From: Mustelus asterias
Lineage: Eukaryota
NCBI RefSeq assembly: GCF_964213995.1
Contig: NW_027590175.1
Coordinates: 186,001-250,000, forward strand
DNA length: 64,000 nt
Direction: 5' to 3'
The translations under genes were made by a program, and so were the position numbers. Shown here one piece after another: positions 1-11,431 of this stretch. Under the pieces are notes generated by a model. The model ran no database searches. It was not told the DNA's origin and saw nothing but the letters and a program-made list of their open reading frames with translations. Position 1 is the stretch's first letter; every line of letters starts with the position of its first letter.

Positions 1-77
1 AACGACACGGCACAAATTCTTGCATTCAATCTGAAATGCTGGACTTCAACTGCAGGGACCAAAGCTCCAACCCATTC

Positions 78-158
78 TGGCAGTGGCTGCAGTCGAACCA
101 ACAACTCCGTAGAGACTGGACCTTTAGCCACTGGCTTAGATTACTCGGCTACGCTACC
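78..158 (-). pseudogene. tRNA-Leu (AAG-type) pseudogene
   Basis: Reverse complement GGTAGCGTAGCCGAGTAATCTAAG...GGTTCGACTGCAGCCACTGCCA resembles vertebrate Leu-AAG with many stem mismatches. Confidence 0.75.
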
Positions 159-1309
159 ACGTAAGCAGCTGTGTCCTTTACTGGTATTGTTATTGAAATT
201 AGCAGCAAAGGAGCTGCAACAGTCCATCAGTTGGCTTGAGCCTGCTCCTTCGCTGAATTAATTGATCCTGAACTGTGTTAGAAGCAGGAATCACATCCAG
301 TCAGAAACAGAATGAGCTGCAGTGAAGGACCAGCACCATTTAAACTGCCCTTAACCGTGCCTGGTTCCCAATATCCTGCCAGAAATGGCAAAAATAAACA
401 TCCTGTTGAATTTGCTCAGTCTTCACTTCAGGACGCGAGGCGAGATTGTGTTTTATATGTTCCACCAGGCAATAACTGACATTTGTTTTTACGGTTTGGA
501 TGAAGCAACAAATCTCCATTACCTGACCACCAATCGAAACAGCAGTGAAAGGGTCAAACTCTAACCACCAGCCCAGCTGCTTGTAGCCTGTTTTACAACT
601 TGCTTTACACACACTGCATGTGTTGCGTTATTTTTCGCGCCAGGCCAGACTACATTCATCACAAGCAAGTCTCTGTTGCAATATGGCACCTTCTGTTTCC
701 ACCCCAGTGATACATTGAATCAGTGACAGCATACAACAGACATTCCACTGACAGTTATTAATTTCACTTCCGACTGTTTGAAACGAGAGAGAACCTTTTC
801 CAAATATTTCCGTTGCAGAGTGAGGGAAAAGTTCAATAATTCAGTGTGAACGCAAAAATCTGACCTTTTTACCATCCAAATGTTACCTTACATCACCATC
901 TCAATTGTCAGCGCTTTGCAGCCTATCACTATCTTTCTGCTACTGTGTTTGTTCTTGACCTGTTGCACATGTGACATTTGCAGCTGTGATGTAGACTTGC
1001 AAAACTCACTCGGCTGCTATTAGTAAAACTGCTTTCGATCAGATAGTAAATCAGGTTACTTTTCAATAGTTTGCTGAGAGCTATAAATAATCGTTCTCTG
1101 AGCGGGAATTGAAAACAAACAACACTGGGGAGTACTGAATACAACCCACTGGACTCCCAGGGCCATGGGTGAACTCAAAATGACTTACCATATATCCCTT
1201 AATGTGTCCAGTTTGGATGGAACATAAGTGACTGCTTCAGCTAATGACAACAACGATTGTGCTTGCTGGGACATGAAATCGACAGTGAGGTGAAATACTC
1301 CCACAAGAT

Positions 1310-1690
1310 GCGGAAGTGATCGTGGTATATAAAATTCTAAATAGGATTGAAGAAAGTGAAATCTTTTTTCTTATGCGCAATCGGGAACACGATGTCAAAT
1401 GTATAGGTTGAGAGGTGTTAGATTTAAAACTGAGATGAGGAGGAACTGCTTCTCACTGAGGGTCGTGAATTTGTGGAATGCATTGCCGTATAGCGCGGTT
1501 GAGTCTGAATCATTAAATGATTTCAAGAAAGAGACAGATATATTCCTGATAATTAAAGGGACGAGGCGATATTGGAACGGCTAGGGAGGTGGATTTGAGA
1601 ACAGGGAGAGATCAGTCATGAACTGATTGCATGACGGTTCAGGCACAAAGCGCTGAATTTGTCCACTTCTGCTCCTAATTCTATTTCCTA
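1310..1690 (+). mobile_element. old CR1 LINE 3' fragment
   Basis: ORF 1399 (RFKTEMRRNCFSLRVVNLWNALP) is the CR1 ORF2 C-terminus; the same insertion recurs in paralogous modules at about 20420 and 47300. Confidence 0.8.
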
Positions 1691-2133
1691 AGTGCAACTT
1701 TCAATTTTCAAAACCCACCAACTCATCACTGTGGCTCCAATGTAATCTACGTACATTACATCCACAGGTTCCCCTTCATCTACAACACAACTGAGTGCTG
1801 TAAGGGACTGAGGAATGGCCCCATTCTGTGGTTTAATTACTTTAAATTTCTTTGTTTTCCTCATTTAATCTCTCCTGATTTACACCCGGCAAGAGGCCTC
1901 AAACCCTCTTGTTATGCTGCTGGATAACACTTGTTTAAAACTTCCTACATTTCTAAAAAATCCCAGTTATTCCCAATGAAAGGTTATGGAGCTAAAATAT
2001 AAGATTTGTTTTCCTGTGCACACAAGCTGTCTGGCTTTCTGAGTTTTTCCAGCATTTTCACCTTTCACTGCACAAGTCTGAGCAGCTTTGGATGTCAATG
2101 GAAATATTTTCATTGAACAACATATTCAGCAGC

Positions 2134-2225
2134 GGCTCGTTGGGCGAGAGGTATGACTCAGGCCTGTGGGCGTAAACATCTACAAGCGTGTGAGCGATCT
2201 CGGGTTCACATGCCGGGCTCGATCC
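2134..2225 (+). pseudogene. intron-containing tRNA-Pro pseudogene
   Basis: Degenerate paralogue of 21276, with an 18-nt insert CGTAAACATCTACAAGCG after the anticodon. Confidence 0.75.
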
Positions 2226-3051
2226 TCAATCAGCTGTTGTTTCGTATTGGACAAGTTATAGGTTTTATGAATGTATTTTCAGCGCAAACGTTGGGATTGG
2301 TTTACATGGGATTTGGTTGGGGAACCTGAGCACACAGTGCAGGCAATCTATCAACACAACACTCACACAAGAAAATCAAGACATTAAAAGGTGAATATGC
2401 TTGTGGCCATTCACTTTATCTCTGTTCACCAGATTAGAGGACCCCATGTTTGTTGGTTGAGACAGCTGGCTGTGTAATTATTGTTATTCATTCGTGGGTT
2501 GTGGATGTGTACCGCACTCGCTGTTTCTGTTTTTCATTGTCTCTATATATCTCCCTCAGACTCACTGACTATGTTTTTATTACGTTGACGTATTTTGTTC
2601 CTTGCCCTGTCCATTATTTCGCTGCCTGTGTGTAACCGAGGTTCACTGGATTGATTTCTGCGTTTCTCCTGCAAGGAGAGAATCAGTGGGGTGAGTCTGT
2701 TCACTCTGGAGTTTAGAATAATCAGAGGTGATCTTACTGAAAAGTCTGAAACTGGGAAACAGTTTGACAGTTTAAATATTGAGTTCCCTCCACCCCTGGC
2801 TAAATTATTAAGAACAAAGAAAAATAAGGTGAATGATGTAAGAGGAGTTTGGAATATTTGGGAGAGGTGAGGCTAAGAATTGGAAGATGTGAATAATGTA
2901 ATTAATGACTGTGAGGAATGGATAGGAACTTTGGGGATTATGTCAGTAGATTCATTGTAAACTTTGAAATCAGAACAAGCTGAGACACCAGATGGAAAAA
3001 CCGTATTTGTCTCCATGCATTTTAGGTTATGGCAAGCAAGTTACTCCATGT

Positions 3052-3124
3052 GCCCGGCTAGCTCAGTCGGTAGAACATGAGACTCTTAATCTCGGGGTCG
3101 TGGGTTCGAGCCCCACGTTGGGCG
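3052..3124 (+). tRNA. tRNA-Lys(CTT), near intact
   Basis: 73 nt matching vertebrate Lys-CTT except G24A (D-stem mismatch) and A43G (wobble). Confidence 0.85.
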
Positions 3125-3789
3125 ACATTGCCTCATTCCTGGGTGAATTCTAGATCTCCGTTCCTCCAGAAGTGTCACCGCTCAAACTGAATCTTTCTCC
3201 TTTCTGCGTTGTTTATCTCACAGTTGTGGGTTTCTGACTGAAAACTGCCTCCAGTTCACTGGAAGGCGGGGAGTTTAGCGCTGAACTCAGCGAGAGGTTT
3301 TGATCTCATTTATTATGAGATTCAAACCCAGATCTGCGCGATTGTGTCAGTGGGAATAATAATCATCTCCATTGTAATTCAGTCGCTCCAGCCTTCCATC
3401 CGATCAAAAGACCGTCTGTTCTTTCCTCCTCTCCCTCTCTATTTTCCTTGACTCTGTACTTGTTTGTAAACCATTAAATCACTACTTTTTTCCAGTTAGG
3501 GTCAAAGGTCAGCAACCTGAATCATTCACTCTCTTTCCCTCTCCACAGAAGCTGTTGAAGCCGATGAGTGCTTCCAACATTTTCTGTTTTGAGGTGGGAT
3601 TTGCAGCAACTACAAAACCTAGTTTTGGATCACAGTGGATCACCTTTCTCTGACTGAATCTTACCTGTTTGAACAATTGAAAGGCTGAGGTTTTAAATAA
3701 TAAGACACCAGAATATGTCACCCTGTTTGACATGAAATGAAACAAAATGAGAATTAATCATTTCTTAAAATGCTGCGAATGCAATATAT

Positions 3790-4100
3790 ATTTTGTTGTC
3801 AATGCCAGCATTTGTTGTCCATCCCTATTTCCCTCTGAACTAAGTATTTTGCTGGGCCATTTCAGAGGGCAGTTAAGAGTCAATCACATTGCCTTTCCTC
3901 TGGAGTCCCATGGAGGCCAGAAAGGAGAAGGATGGCAGATTTCCTTCTGCAAGATGTGTTTTCATGACAATCAGAAAACAAAGCTTCATTACTGAGACAA
4001 GCTTTCACTTCCGTTTCAGTTCTAGGCTGCGGTGGGATCGTGACCTGTGAGCCTGGGCCACAGGATTCATACTCCACTGATTTTACCACTATGTCACCAT
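3790..4100 (-). mobile_element. SINE-like repeat (family 2), degenerate
   Basis: Reverse-complement similarity to 7035-7385 (GGAAGGAAATCTGCC...CTCCAGA...GGGCAATAAATGCTGGC). Confidence 0.55.
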
Positions 4101-4279
4101 CTTCCCGGAAGAGTAAGTTTAAATCCTTCACATGGAATCAAACCACTTAATTTCACATTGAAAACAAACATTTAAAGCAGTCTACTGTGGAAATCAGTGT
4201 CGTACACTCAGGATACCGGGGAACTGACGAGATATCTATTGCTTTCATTCAAAGACAGAAAAATGTGGTGAATCCTCAG

Positions 4280-4368
4280 CGTGAGTGATGAAGGAGCTGC
4301 GCTCCGAAAGCTCGTGATTTCAAACAAACCCGTTGCACTTTAACCTGGTGTTGTAGGAATTCTTACCG
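4280..4368 (+). mobile_element. Penelope-derived family A fragment with degenerate hammerhead core
   Basis: GTGATGAAGGAGCTGCGCTCCGAAAGCTCGTG followed by the family A tail. Confidence 0.65.
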
Positions 4369-4658
4369 GGTATTGAAGGGCATTTCATTTACAATTCGCA
4401 AAAAGATTATTTTTATAAAATTAACAGCTTTCAGCAAATCGCACTGCAATCACATTGCAGACGGTGCAGTGAGTTACTCTCCTGGCCTCATTGCATCAGC
4501 TTCAGAGGACGATTTCTCAAGAACACAAAACGCTCAGCGATAAAGAGGTCGGAGGCTTCATTCATCAGGGATTACCCGAGAGCACGTGACCTTTCTCCCA
4601 AATCACACACGCACCCACACGACCACAATTGCTCAATAATGCTCAGGTCACCTCAATT

Positions 4659-4730
4659 TCCGTGTTGGTTTCGTCGATAGAATTTGTTGCTTTCACTGCA
4701 ATGGTTTGGGTTCGATTCACGGTTAGGGAA
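4659..4730 (+). pseudogene. tRNA-Glu(TTC) pseudogene
   Basis: Glu scaffold with CTTTCAC loop and GGTTCGATTC B-box; many mismatches. Confidence 0.75.
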
Positions 4731-4893
4731 TGATGATTCATTGCTCTCGTGCAACACATGAATTAAGGAGAGTGGGTATTGCTTCCTGGTCGAAAACGGG
4801 AGTGATACTTGTGGTTGGTTGAACAGGAAGACGGAAAAATCTGCCCCATTCCACAATCCTGTCAATTACCCACAACAATTCATATTTACATTG

Positions 4894-5060
4894 AGAAGTC
4901 TTACAACACCAGGCCTATTTAGAGTCAGGAGCTTTCGGGGCGCTGATAAAATAAAGCAAATTGATTTTATTATCGGAGCAAATGAACCTGTTGGACTTTA
5001 ACATGATGCTGTGAGACTTCTTATTGTGCCCACCCCAGCCCAACCCGGTATCTCGACATC
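4894..5060. mobile_element. Penelope-derived family A palindromic insertion
   Basis: Inverted arms with TSD CATATTTACATTG (4881-4893 / 5060-5072); the empty site is present in the paralogue near 51867. Confidence 0.75.
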
Positions 5061-5846
5061 ATATTTACATTGCAATTGCTGGTACCAACTGTCAGAATGA
5101 GTGAGTTACTTTCTACTGCATTAAATTTCACTGTAGCTCACCACATTCAAAGAGTAATGTTTGTTATAAGCCTTATTGTGGTAAATCTGTTGAAAAACTT
5201 CAGCTTATCACTGCTCTGCTTCCATCACACTGGAAGCTGATGTGAAAAGATGAATAATTTCAAAGCTGAACAACGTGCACAAGACTGGAAGGAGAATGCG
5301 ACTGTGAATAATTGGCACTGTGCATATTCCTGTATCCAGTCTGTGGGAGAACCAGGAGAATGAAACCCTGGTGGTCCAGTGCTTAGGGTCATAGGTCGGC
5401 TTCGATATGCCAAGATTTAAAGTTTTTGATAATCTATTTCACAAACCTGAGTTGTTTCCTGATCGAAAACAGCTCTGTCAGAAGCAGTGGAGTTAGATCT
5501 ATATTTCTGTCCGAATTGGAAATGTCACATGGGCAACAGTTCAAGAACAAACACAGATAGTGAAGGACAGTGATAGGCTGCAAAGCGCTGCCAATAGAGA
5601 TGGGGATACAAGGTCAAATCTATATGACAATGGGGTAGATTGTATCGATTAGATTGACACAAACATCTCCTAGACCTGGATCCAAATCTCAGCCAAATCA
5701 CAGGAAAGCATCTCGCTAACTTAAACGCTAAGCTCTCCGACTTCACTCAGAAACTCTGAGACAAAGCGGGATGCAGTCTGACCACTGGATCCCCCTCCAC
5801 CACTTAATAAGACTATGCTGGATCCCGAGCACTAGTTTTCAGCTGA

Positions 5847-5918
5847 GGGGGCATAGCTCAGTGGTAGAGCGTTTGACTGCAGATCAAACGGCCCTCGGTT
5901 CAAATCCGAGTGCCCCCT
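5847..5918 (+). tRNA. tRNA-Cys(GCA), intact
   Basis: All four stems pair (GGGGGCA/TGCCCCC, GCTC/GAGC, TTTGA/TCAAA, CTCGG/CCGAG); loop CTGCAGA. Confidence 0.93.
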
Positions 5919-6306
5919 TCCTTGTCTAATTGTTAACTTAGTTTCAACTGTGACTGTTTTTCTTAGGCTGCAAAGCGCATTGTGACGTCCACCAACCCTG
6001 AAAGGCGTGACATAAATACAAATCGGTCTTTCATAAATTACCTTCAGTCCCAATTATTTGGTTACTGACAATCGTCAGTGGAAACAGTTTGTCCCTTTCT
6101 GCTCTATCAAACGGCTCTTTCCCATGTTGGGAGAAGCGGGAAACCACTAAATCGCTGCAACACTGTGGGGAATGAAGTCGTCAAAGGGGCTTGCATAGTA
6201 TTGCAAACGATGTGGTCATGTTGTAGTTCTCGAGTATGTTTTTATAAAGAGAATTGGGGTTGGATATATACAGCACTCGCTGACACCCTAATATAGCGTG
6301 TCTGCA

Positions 6307-6378
6307 TCTCAGTGGCGGAATTCGTTATTGCGTTCGACTTTAAGCAAATGGTTGGTGGCTCAGTACCATCCAGAGGCG
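6307..6378 (+). pseudogene. tRNA-Asn pseudogene
   Basis: Degenerate Asn-GTT scaffold; paralogue at 40165. Confidence 0.65.
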
Positions 6379-7034
6379 GTAGTTGTACTTTCATTTTCCC
6401 CATAAGCATTCACTGTCGCGCAGTTCCGGCTTGTGATCTGAGGCAACAATAAAAATATTCCTCAAGTGTTGCCGCTCGACTGTTGTCAGGTGTTGTCAAC
6501 GTTATTTATTTAATGAATATTCATATCATACATATCACATGGTATAATATATATTCATTTCAAATATGCAATTAAAGTTAAGAATTAGAGTCTTGGTTGG
6601 ATGTGTTTGTGTGTCAGTTCTCCGGTGTGTCCTCATCTGAGACTGGGAAACAATCTCTCATTATTCTGTAGGTTCAATAAGATTGCCTCTCAGTCTTCCA
6701 AACTCCAGGGAATTTCAGCCCAATTTACACAGCCTCACATCCCAGGAGAACTCTCTCATCACAGGAACCTACCAAGTGGACCGTCTCCAATGGAAGGGTA
6801 GCCTTTTTCTGAAAAAAACATTGTGGATATCAGAACTGCACCGAATATTTCACACTTGCTCCCAACAAAACCCTGTATAAATGTAGGTTGGTGTTTTTAT
6901 TCTTATACAGCAATCTGTTGGCAATAAAGACCAAAATGTCATTTCCCTTCCTATTGTTTGCTGCACCACCACGCTATCTTCCTGCGTTCCTTGTACAAAC
7001 ACACCCAAATCTCTCAAGATAAACGCTTATATTA

Positions 7035-7385
7035 GGAAGGACGATGGCCTTGTGGTATTATCGCGAGATTATTTATCCAGAAACTCATCCAATTTTACGG
7101 GGCCCCGCTTTTGAATCCTGCCACGGCACGTTGTGCAATTTGTATTCAATTAAAACTATCTGGAATTAAGAATATACTGATGACCATGAAACCATTGTCG
7201 ATTGTCGGAAAAATAAACATGGAGTTCGGTAATGTGCTTTAGGGAAGGAAATCTGCCGTCCCTTATCCGGCCTGGCCTACATTGATTCCAGAGCTGCAGC
7301 AAAGTGGTTGACTCCAAACTGTCCTAGGGCAACCAGGATGGGCAATAAATGCTGGCCAGCCAGCGACGCCCATTTTTAATGAATT
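7035..7385 (+). mobile_element. SINE-like repeat (family 2)
   Basis: tRNA-like head; body shared with 3790-4100 and 13040-13380. Confidence 0.55.
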
Positions 7386-7457
7386 AAGACAGAACTAGGT
7401 CATCTTTCGAAACACTGTCTGCTCTTTCTCCGTTTATGAACAAGAGAATATCTTTTT

Positions 7458-7735
7458 GGGCAACATGGTGCCACAGCTGCCTCACAGCGCCAGGGACCCG
7501 GTTTTGATTCCCGGCATTGATTACTGTCTGTGCAGAGTCTGCATGTTTTCCCTGTGTTGCGTGGGTGTCCTTCTTACTCCCACAGAGTGAAAGATGTGCT
7601 GGTTAGGTGCATTTGCCATGCTAAATTCGCTGTCAATTTACCCGAGAAGGTGCCGGTTCTGCCGACGAGGGAATTGTCACAGTAACTTCATTACAGTATT
7701 AATGTAAGCTTAACTGTGCCACTAATAAAAAACCT
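7458..7735 (+). mobile_element. HE1/V-SINE-like tRNA-derived SINE
   Basis: GCTGCCTCACAGCGCCAGGGACCCGG head and central TGTGCAGAGTCTGCATGTT domain shared with other copies in the window. Confidence 0.75.
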
Positions 7736-7761
7736 TTCAATTGTCCAATATTATACCCGAT

Positions 7762-7788
7762 GTGCTCCAACCACTGAGCTATGGAGCC
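7762..7788 (-). pseudogene. tRNA-Thr 5' fragment
   Basis: Reverse complement GGCTCCATAGCTCAGTGGTTGGAGCAC. Confidence 0.55.
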
Positions 7789-8121
7789 AATTCCTGCGCC
7801 TAGTGCGGAGTTAGTGTATCATCATCAGTGGAGCGAAGAAGAGGTTGAATTTTCAGGTGGGTGATATTTGATGGATGTGGAAATATCCGAGGTGGAGAAC
7901 AAGGAGTTAATCGATGCGATTTGAAAGAGGAAGAATTTGACATGTGTGTCAGTTGCTTTTGTGATAAATGTCTGCCGTGTCATTCTTCTTCAGAGTTTAT
8001 TGCTGTCGTTCCATCTCCGATTTTTCCAGCTCTGAAACAGTTCATCTCTGTGGTTGGAGCACATCGGGTATAATGTTGGACAATTCGGTTAATGAAGAGT
8101 TAAATAAGAAGTTATTCACTA

Positions 8122-8180
8122 TTTGCCTGGCAGTCCAACGCGGAACATGGCGCCGAATCCTAACCACGGGACGCCAGGAA
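8122..8180 (-). pseudogene. tRNA-Glu pseudogene (deleted)
   Basis: GCGCCGAATCCTAACCAC motif; paralogue of 17949. Confidence 0.6.
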
Positions 8181-8692
8181 AGCTGATATCAGAGATTTGA
8201 AATTCGTTGATAACCATCTCTCTCTTCACTGCTTCATTTCAGGTCACGCTCGTTACTGACATTGTCACACAGTCATTCCAACATCTTGTAACCAACTGAA
8301 GCAAATGATGTCTTCTTCCTTTATTTTCAGATACTTTCAACTCCAGAAATTTAGTACGTGCTGAGCAAAGTGCTCTGTTTAGTTAACAGTTTGTCATTAA
8401 TTCCGGGGCATAGCGGTGGAAACATTGACTGTGAACCACTAGACCACACAACCTGTACTACCACTGGCTCAATGTTGCCTTGCCTACCATTCCTGGTGTC
8501 ATGAAATTCATCATGCCTTCTGATCTATCACAGAAATTCGTTTTGTTCCTTTCACTGAGTGATTCCTGACTTTGCAATCAGAAAATACTGGGAATACTCA
8601 GTAGGTCGGTTCATTTCTTCGTGATAAACGCGCAACTAATTCCAATAGGCGAATCCTTTGAAATTAAAAGCATTTGGAAATTTTTGTGTGAG

Positions 8693-8875
8693 GGCAAAAT
8701 ACTGCGGATGCTGGAACCTGAAATAAAAATAAAAAAATGCTGGAAAATCTCAGCAGGTCTGACAGCATCTGTAGAGAGAGAATAGAGCCAACATTTCGAG
8801 TCCGGAGCTCTGACGAAGGGTCATCCAGCCATAAAACGTTGGTTCTATTCTCTCTCCACAGATGCTGTCAGGTCA
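8693..8875. mobile_element. Penelope-like family B palindromic repeat
   Basis: Arms CAGCATCTGTAGAGAGAGAATAGAGCCAAC / GTTGGTTCTATTCTCTCTCCACAGATGCTG flank CTGACGAAGGGTCATCC. Confidence 0.65.
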
Positions 8876-8912
8876 GTTTAGATCTTGCAACCTTTTCTCT
8901 TTATGATGAAAG

Positions 8913-8984
8913 TATTTCTGCCCGAATCAAACCGGGGACCTTTCGCGTATAAGGCAAATGTGACAACCACTGCACCACAGAAAC
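8913..8984 (-). pseudogene. tRNA-Val pseudogene
   Basis: Reverse complement GTTTCTGTGGTGCAGTGGTTGTCAC...GAAAGGTCCCCGG. Confidence 0.75.
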
Positions 8985-9161
8985 ATTGCGATGCAATGAT
9001 TCAAGGAAACTGGTTCCACAAACCCGTCAATTGCCAACAATAATTTACATTTGGGTTGCATGGAATTAGTGTGATAACAAAGGTATTTCGCAAAAATAAT
9101 GAACTGGACATATAGCAGTGGTGAGATTCGATCTCACGCTTCAACTAATATTACTGTCCTG

Positions 9162-9346
9162 TAAGTCCAACAGGTTTATTTGGTAGCACGAGCTTTCGGA
9201 ATACTGTCCCTTTATCAGGTGACTCATATGCTGAACGGGCAGTGCTCCGAAAGCTTGTGCTCCCAAATAAACCTGTTGGATTTTAACCTGGTGTTGTGAG
9301 ACTACTTACTGTGCTTACCCCAGTCCAACGCCTGCAACTCCACATC
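9162..9346. mobile_element. Penelope-derived family A palindrome inside a tRNA-Leu-like relic
   Basis: Two opposed hammerhead-like cores; TSD ATTACTGYCCTG (9150-9161 / 9347-9358). Confidence 0.75.
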
Positions 9347-9617
9347 ATTACTGCCCTGAACTCATCAATGGTACCAGCAGAACCTATTGATGCCGTATCT
9401 GGTGTTGCCAGTGAATAGAATCAATGGAGTAGAATTGGTTCACATGTCCCATTGAACCTCCTCGACGATTGAATCAAGGCAGATCCATAGCCTCAACCCC
9501 AATTTCCAAGTTTATCCCGATTGCCCTTCATTCAATTAGATTCCAACAACTCTCCACCTCAACCTTCCATGTCTTCATCAACTGAAGATCCACAGACCTC
9601 TGTGCGGCTACAGAATT

Positions 9618-9897
9618 GATGCAAGATGGCGCCCGAGCGAGGCTACTTCTTGCAAGCTGTGCCCAGCATACCTTCTAATTCTATCCTTCACTCTCGTTCT
9701 ATGTTTCTAAAACGTCATTCTAACTATTTTAAAGTCTCCAACAATGCTTTCATCAATTTCTTACAATCTAGCTTTGATTGGAACACTACATTCTGCACTC
9801 TCTCATTCCCTTCTCTATGAACGGTATGCTTTCTCTGTAAAGCGCGCAAGAAACAATACTTTTCACTGTATGCTAATACATGTGATAATAAATCAAA
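9618..9897 (+). mobile_element. short Rex1/Babar-tailed non-autonomous retroelement
   Basis: 3' part matches 48590-48690; flanked by AGAATT duplication; empty site in the inverted paralogue near 42700. Confidence 0.65.
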
Positions 9898-11357
9898 GAA
9901 TTCCAAAGATTCACAAGACTTTGAGTGAAAAAATCTCTCCGTACCTCATTCATAAATAGCTGAAACATCATCCAGAGAATATTAGCCCAGAGTACCTTAC
10001 TGAGGCACTTTTTGTCACCGTATAACCGTAACGTCACTCACTTGCCATGGCAAATCCATCCAGCCTACATCAGCTGCACCGTGAGTGTGACAGTGGAAGT
10101 AGAAAAGCAACAGAAGTTCAGTGGCGACTTTGCTGAGGGCATTTTTAAAATAAATGGTGAAGAACAAATTAACATTTTGTCTGCTCCAATCCAGTTCATA
10201 TGCAACAACGATCTAGAATCAGGGAAAAAAATTTAAAAATATTAATTTCGATTATGTCTCCACCTTATTTTGAATCGAGGAGCCCATCGTTTATGAAATG
10301 AACATGTTAACTCCTCCAATCCAGAAACGCTGCTCATGACCAATGTGACCAGCCGAGAATATCAAACAGTGCAGTCAGATTGCAATGTAAATCCTTGTTT
10401 TGTAGAATTTTAATTCTGTTGAAAATCTTAGCCAAGTGGCAGAGTCATTGATCTAACATAAGATTCAGAAAGTAACATTTGCCCCGAATTTTATCTCTTT
10501 CTCCGTGACTGCAGTTGCCGAATATTATTCAAGCATTGGGGAAGTGTAAGTGCCGCATGGCTGTGAAATAATGTGATGCCTTAATATTTAATAACACTTA
10601 GCGATGGGACAGCTGCTTTGAAAAGGTTTTGTCAGTTTTTTTGAACTCAATAATCAGTATACTTCAGGAACACAGGTAACACATGGAAGTGTTTAAAATT
10701 TGATGCGTGTCCAAAGATTCTGCCAAACCTGCTGATGCGTGTATTATAAATACAGGTTTTGCCAGAACCTAAAACAAACTGCAAGACGGCAATGATAAAT
10801 GAAATAGTCCCACAAGCTGTTCGCGTGTAACTTCAAATTTCAAAAACCCACCAATCTCATCATTGCTGATCCTGTGAAACTTACCATGTAAAACACGGCA
10901 GGCATTCATCTCTCAAAGAAACTCAAGTGTGAATTATCTGCTCTCAATCTCAGGACTTTGCAATTATAAAAACAGCATTCTGGTGAAAGTTTAACTCAGT
11001 CCTCATTCCACTGATTATTGCCGACTTGCTGTGTATTTCCCTCGTTGAACACATTTCAGGATGGGATAGACAAATTCCTGATCTATCTGAGAAAGAAGGG
11101 GAGTGTGCAGGATAATGGCAACCCAAGATCAAACATGGGTTAAAGTTTCGAGTTCACTTATTGAGTTTAATAATATTTGAAATATATAAATTGTTACAAA
11201 TAATATGTTAGAGATAAATGTTCAATAAATTAACGTCGGCTAACAGCAGAGACAGAAACATACGATACGTTTTTTTTAGTGTTGCCCAAGGACTCAGTGA
11301 CACTCAAAACCCAAGAGACAATGAAAGCAGATGGAGAGAAAAAAGAAGTGAAATCAC

Positions 11358-11431
11358 CATCCCTGGATGGACTCAAACCACCAACCTTTCGCTTAACAGC
11401 CGGACGCGCTAATCAATTGCGCCACAGAGAC
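11358..11431 (-). pseudogene. tRNA-Asn(GTT), degenerate
   Basis: 74-nt Asn scaffold with anticodon-stem and B-box changes. Confidence 0.75.

Noticed and set aside
8693-8875. Palindromes as DNA-transposon MITEs
   Set aside because: Arms are unequal and hammerhead-like cores sit at the centre; in family A, long variable TSDs and the PLE coding link at 52800 also point to Penelope-like origin
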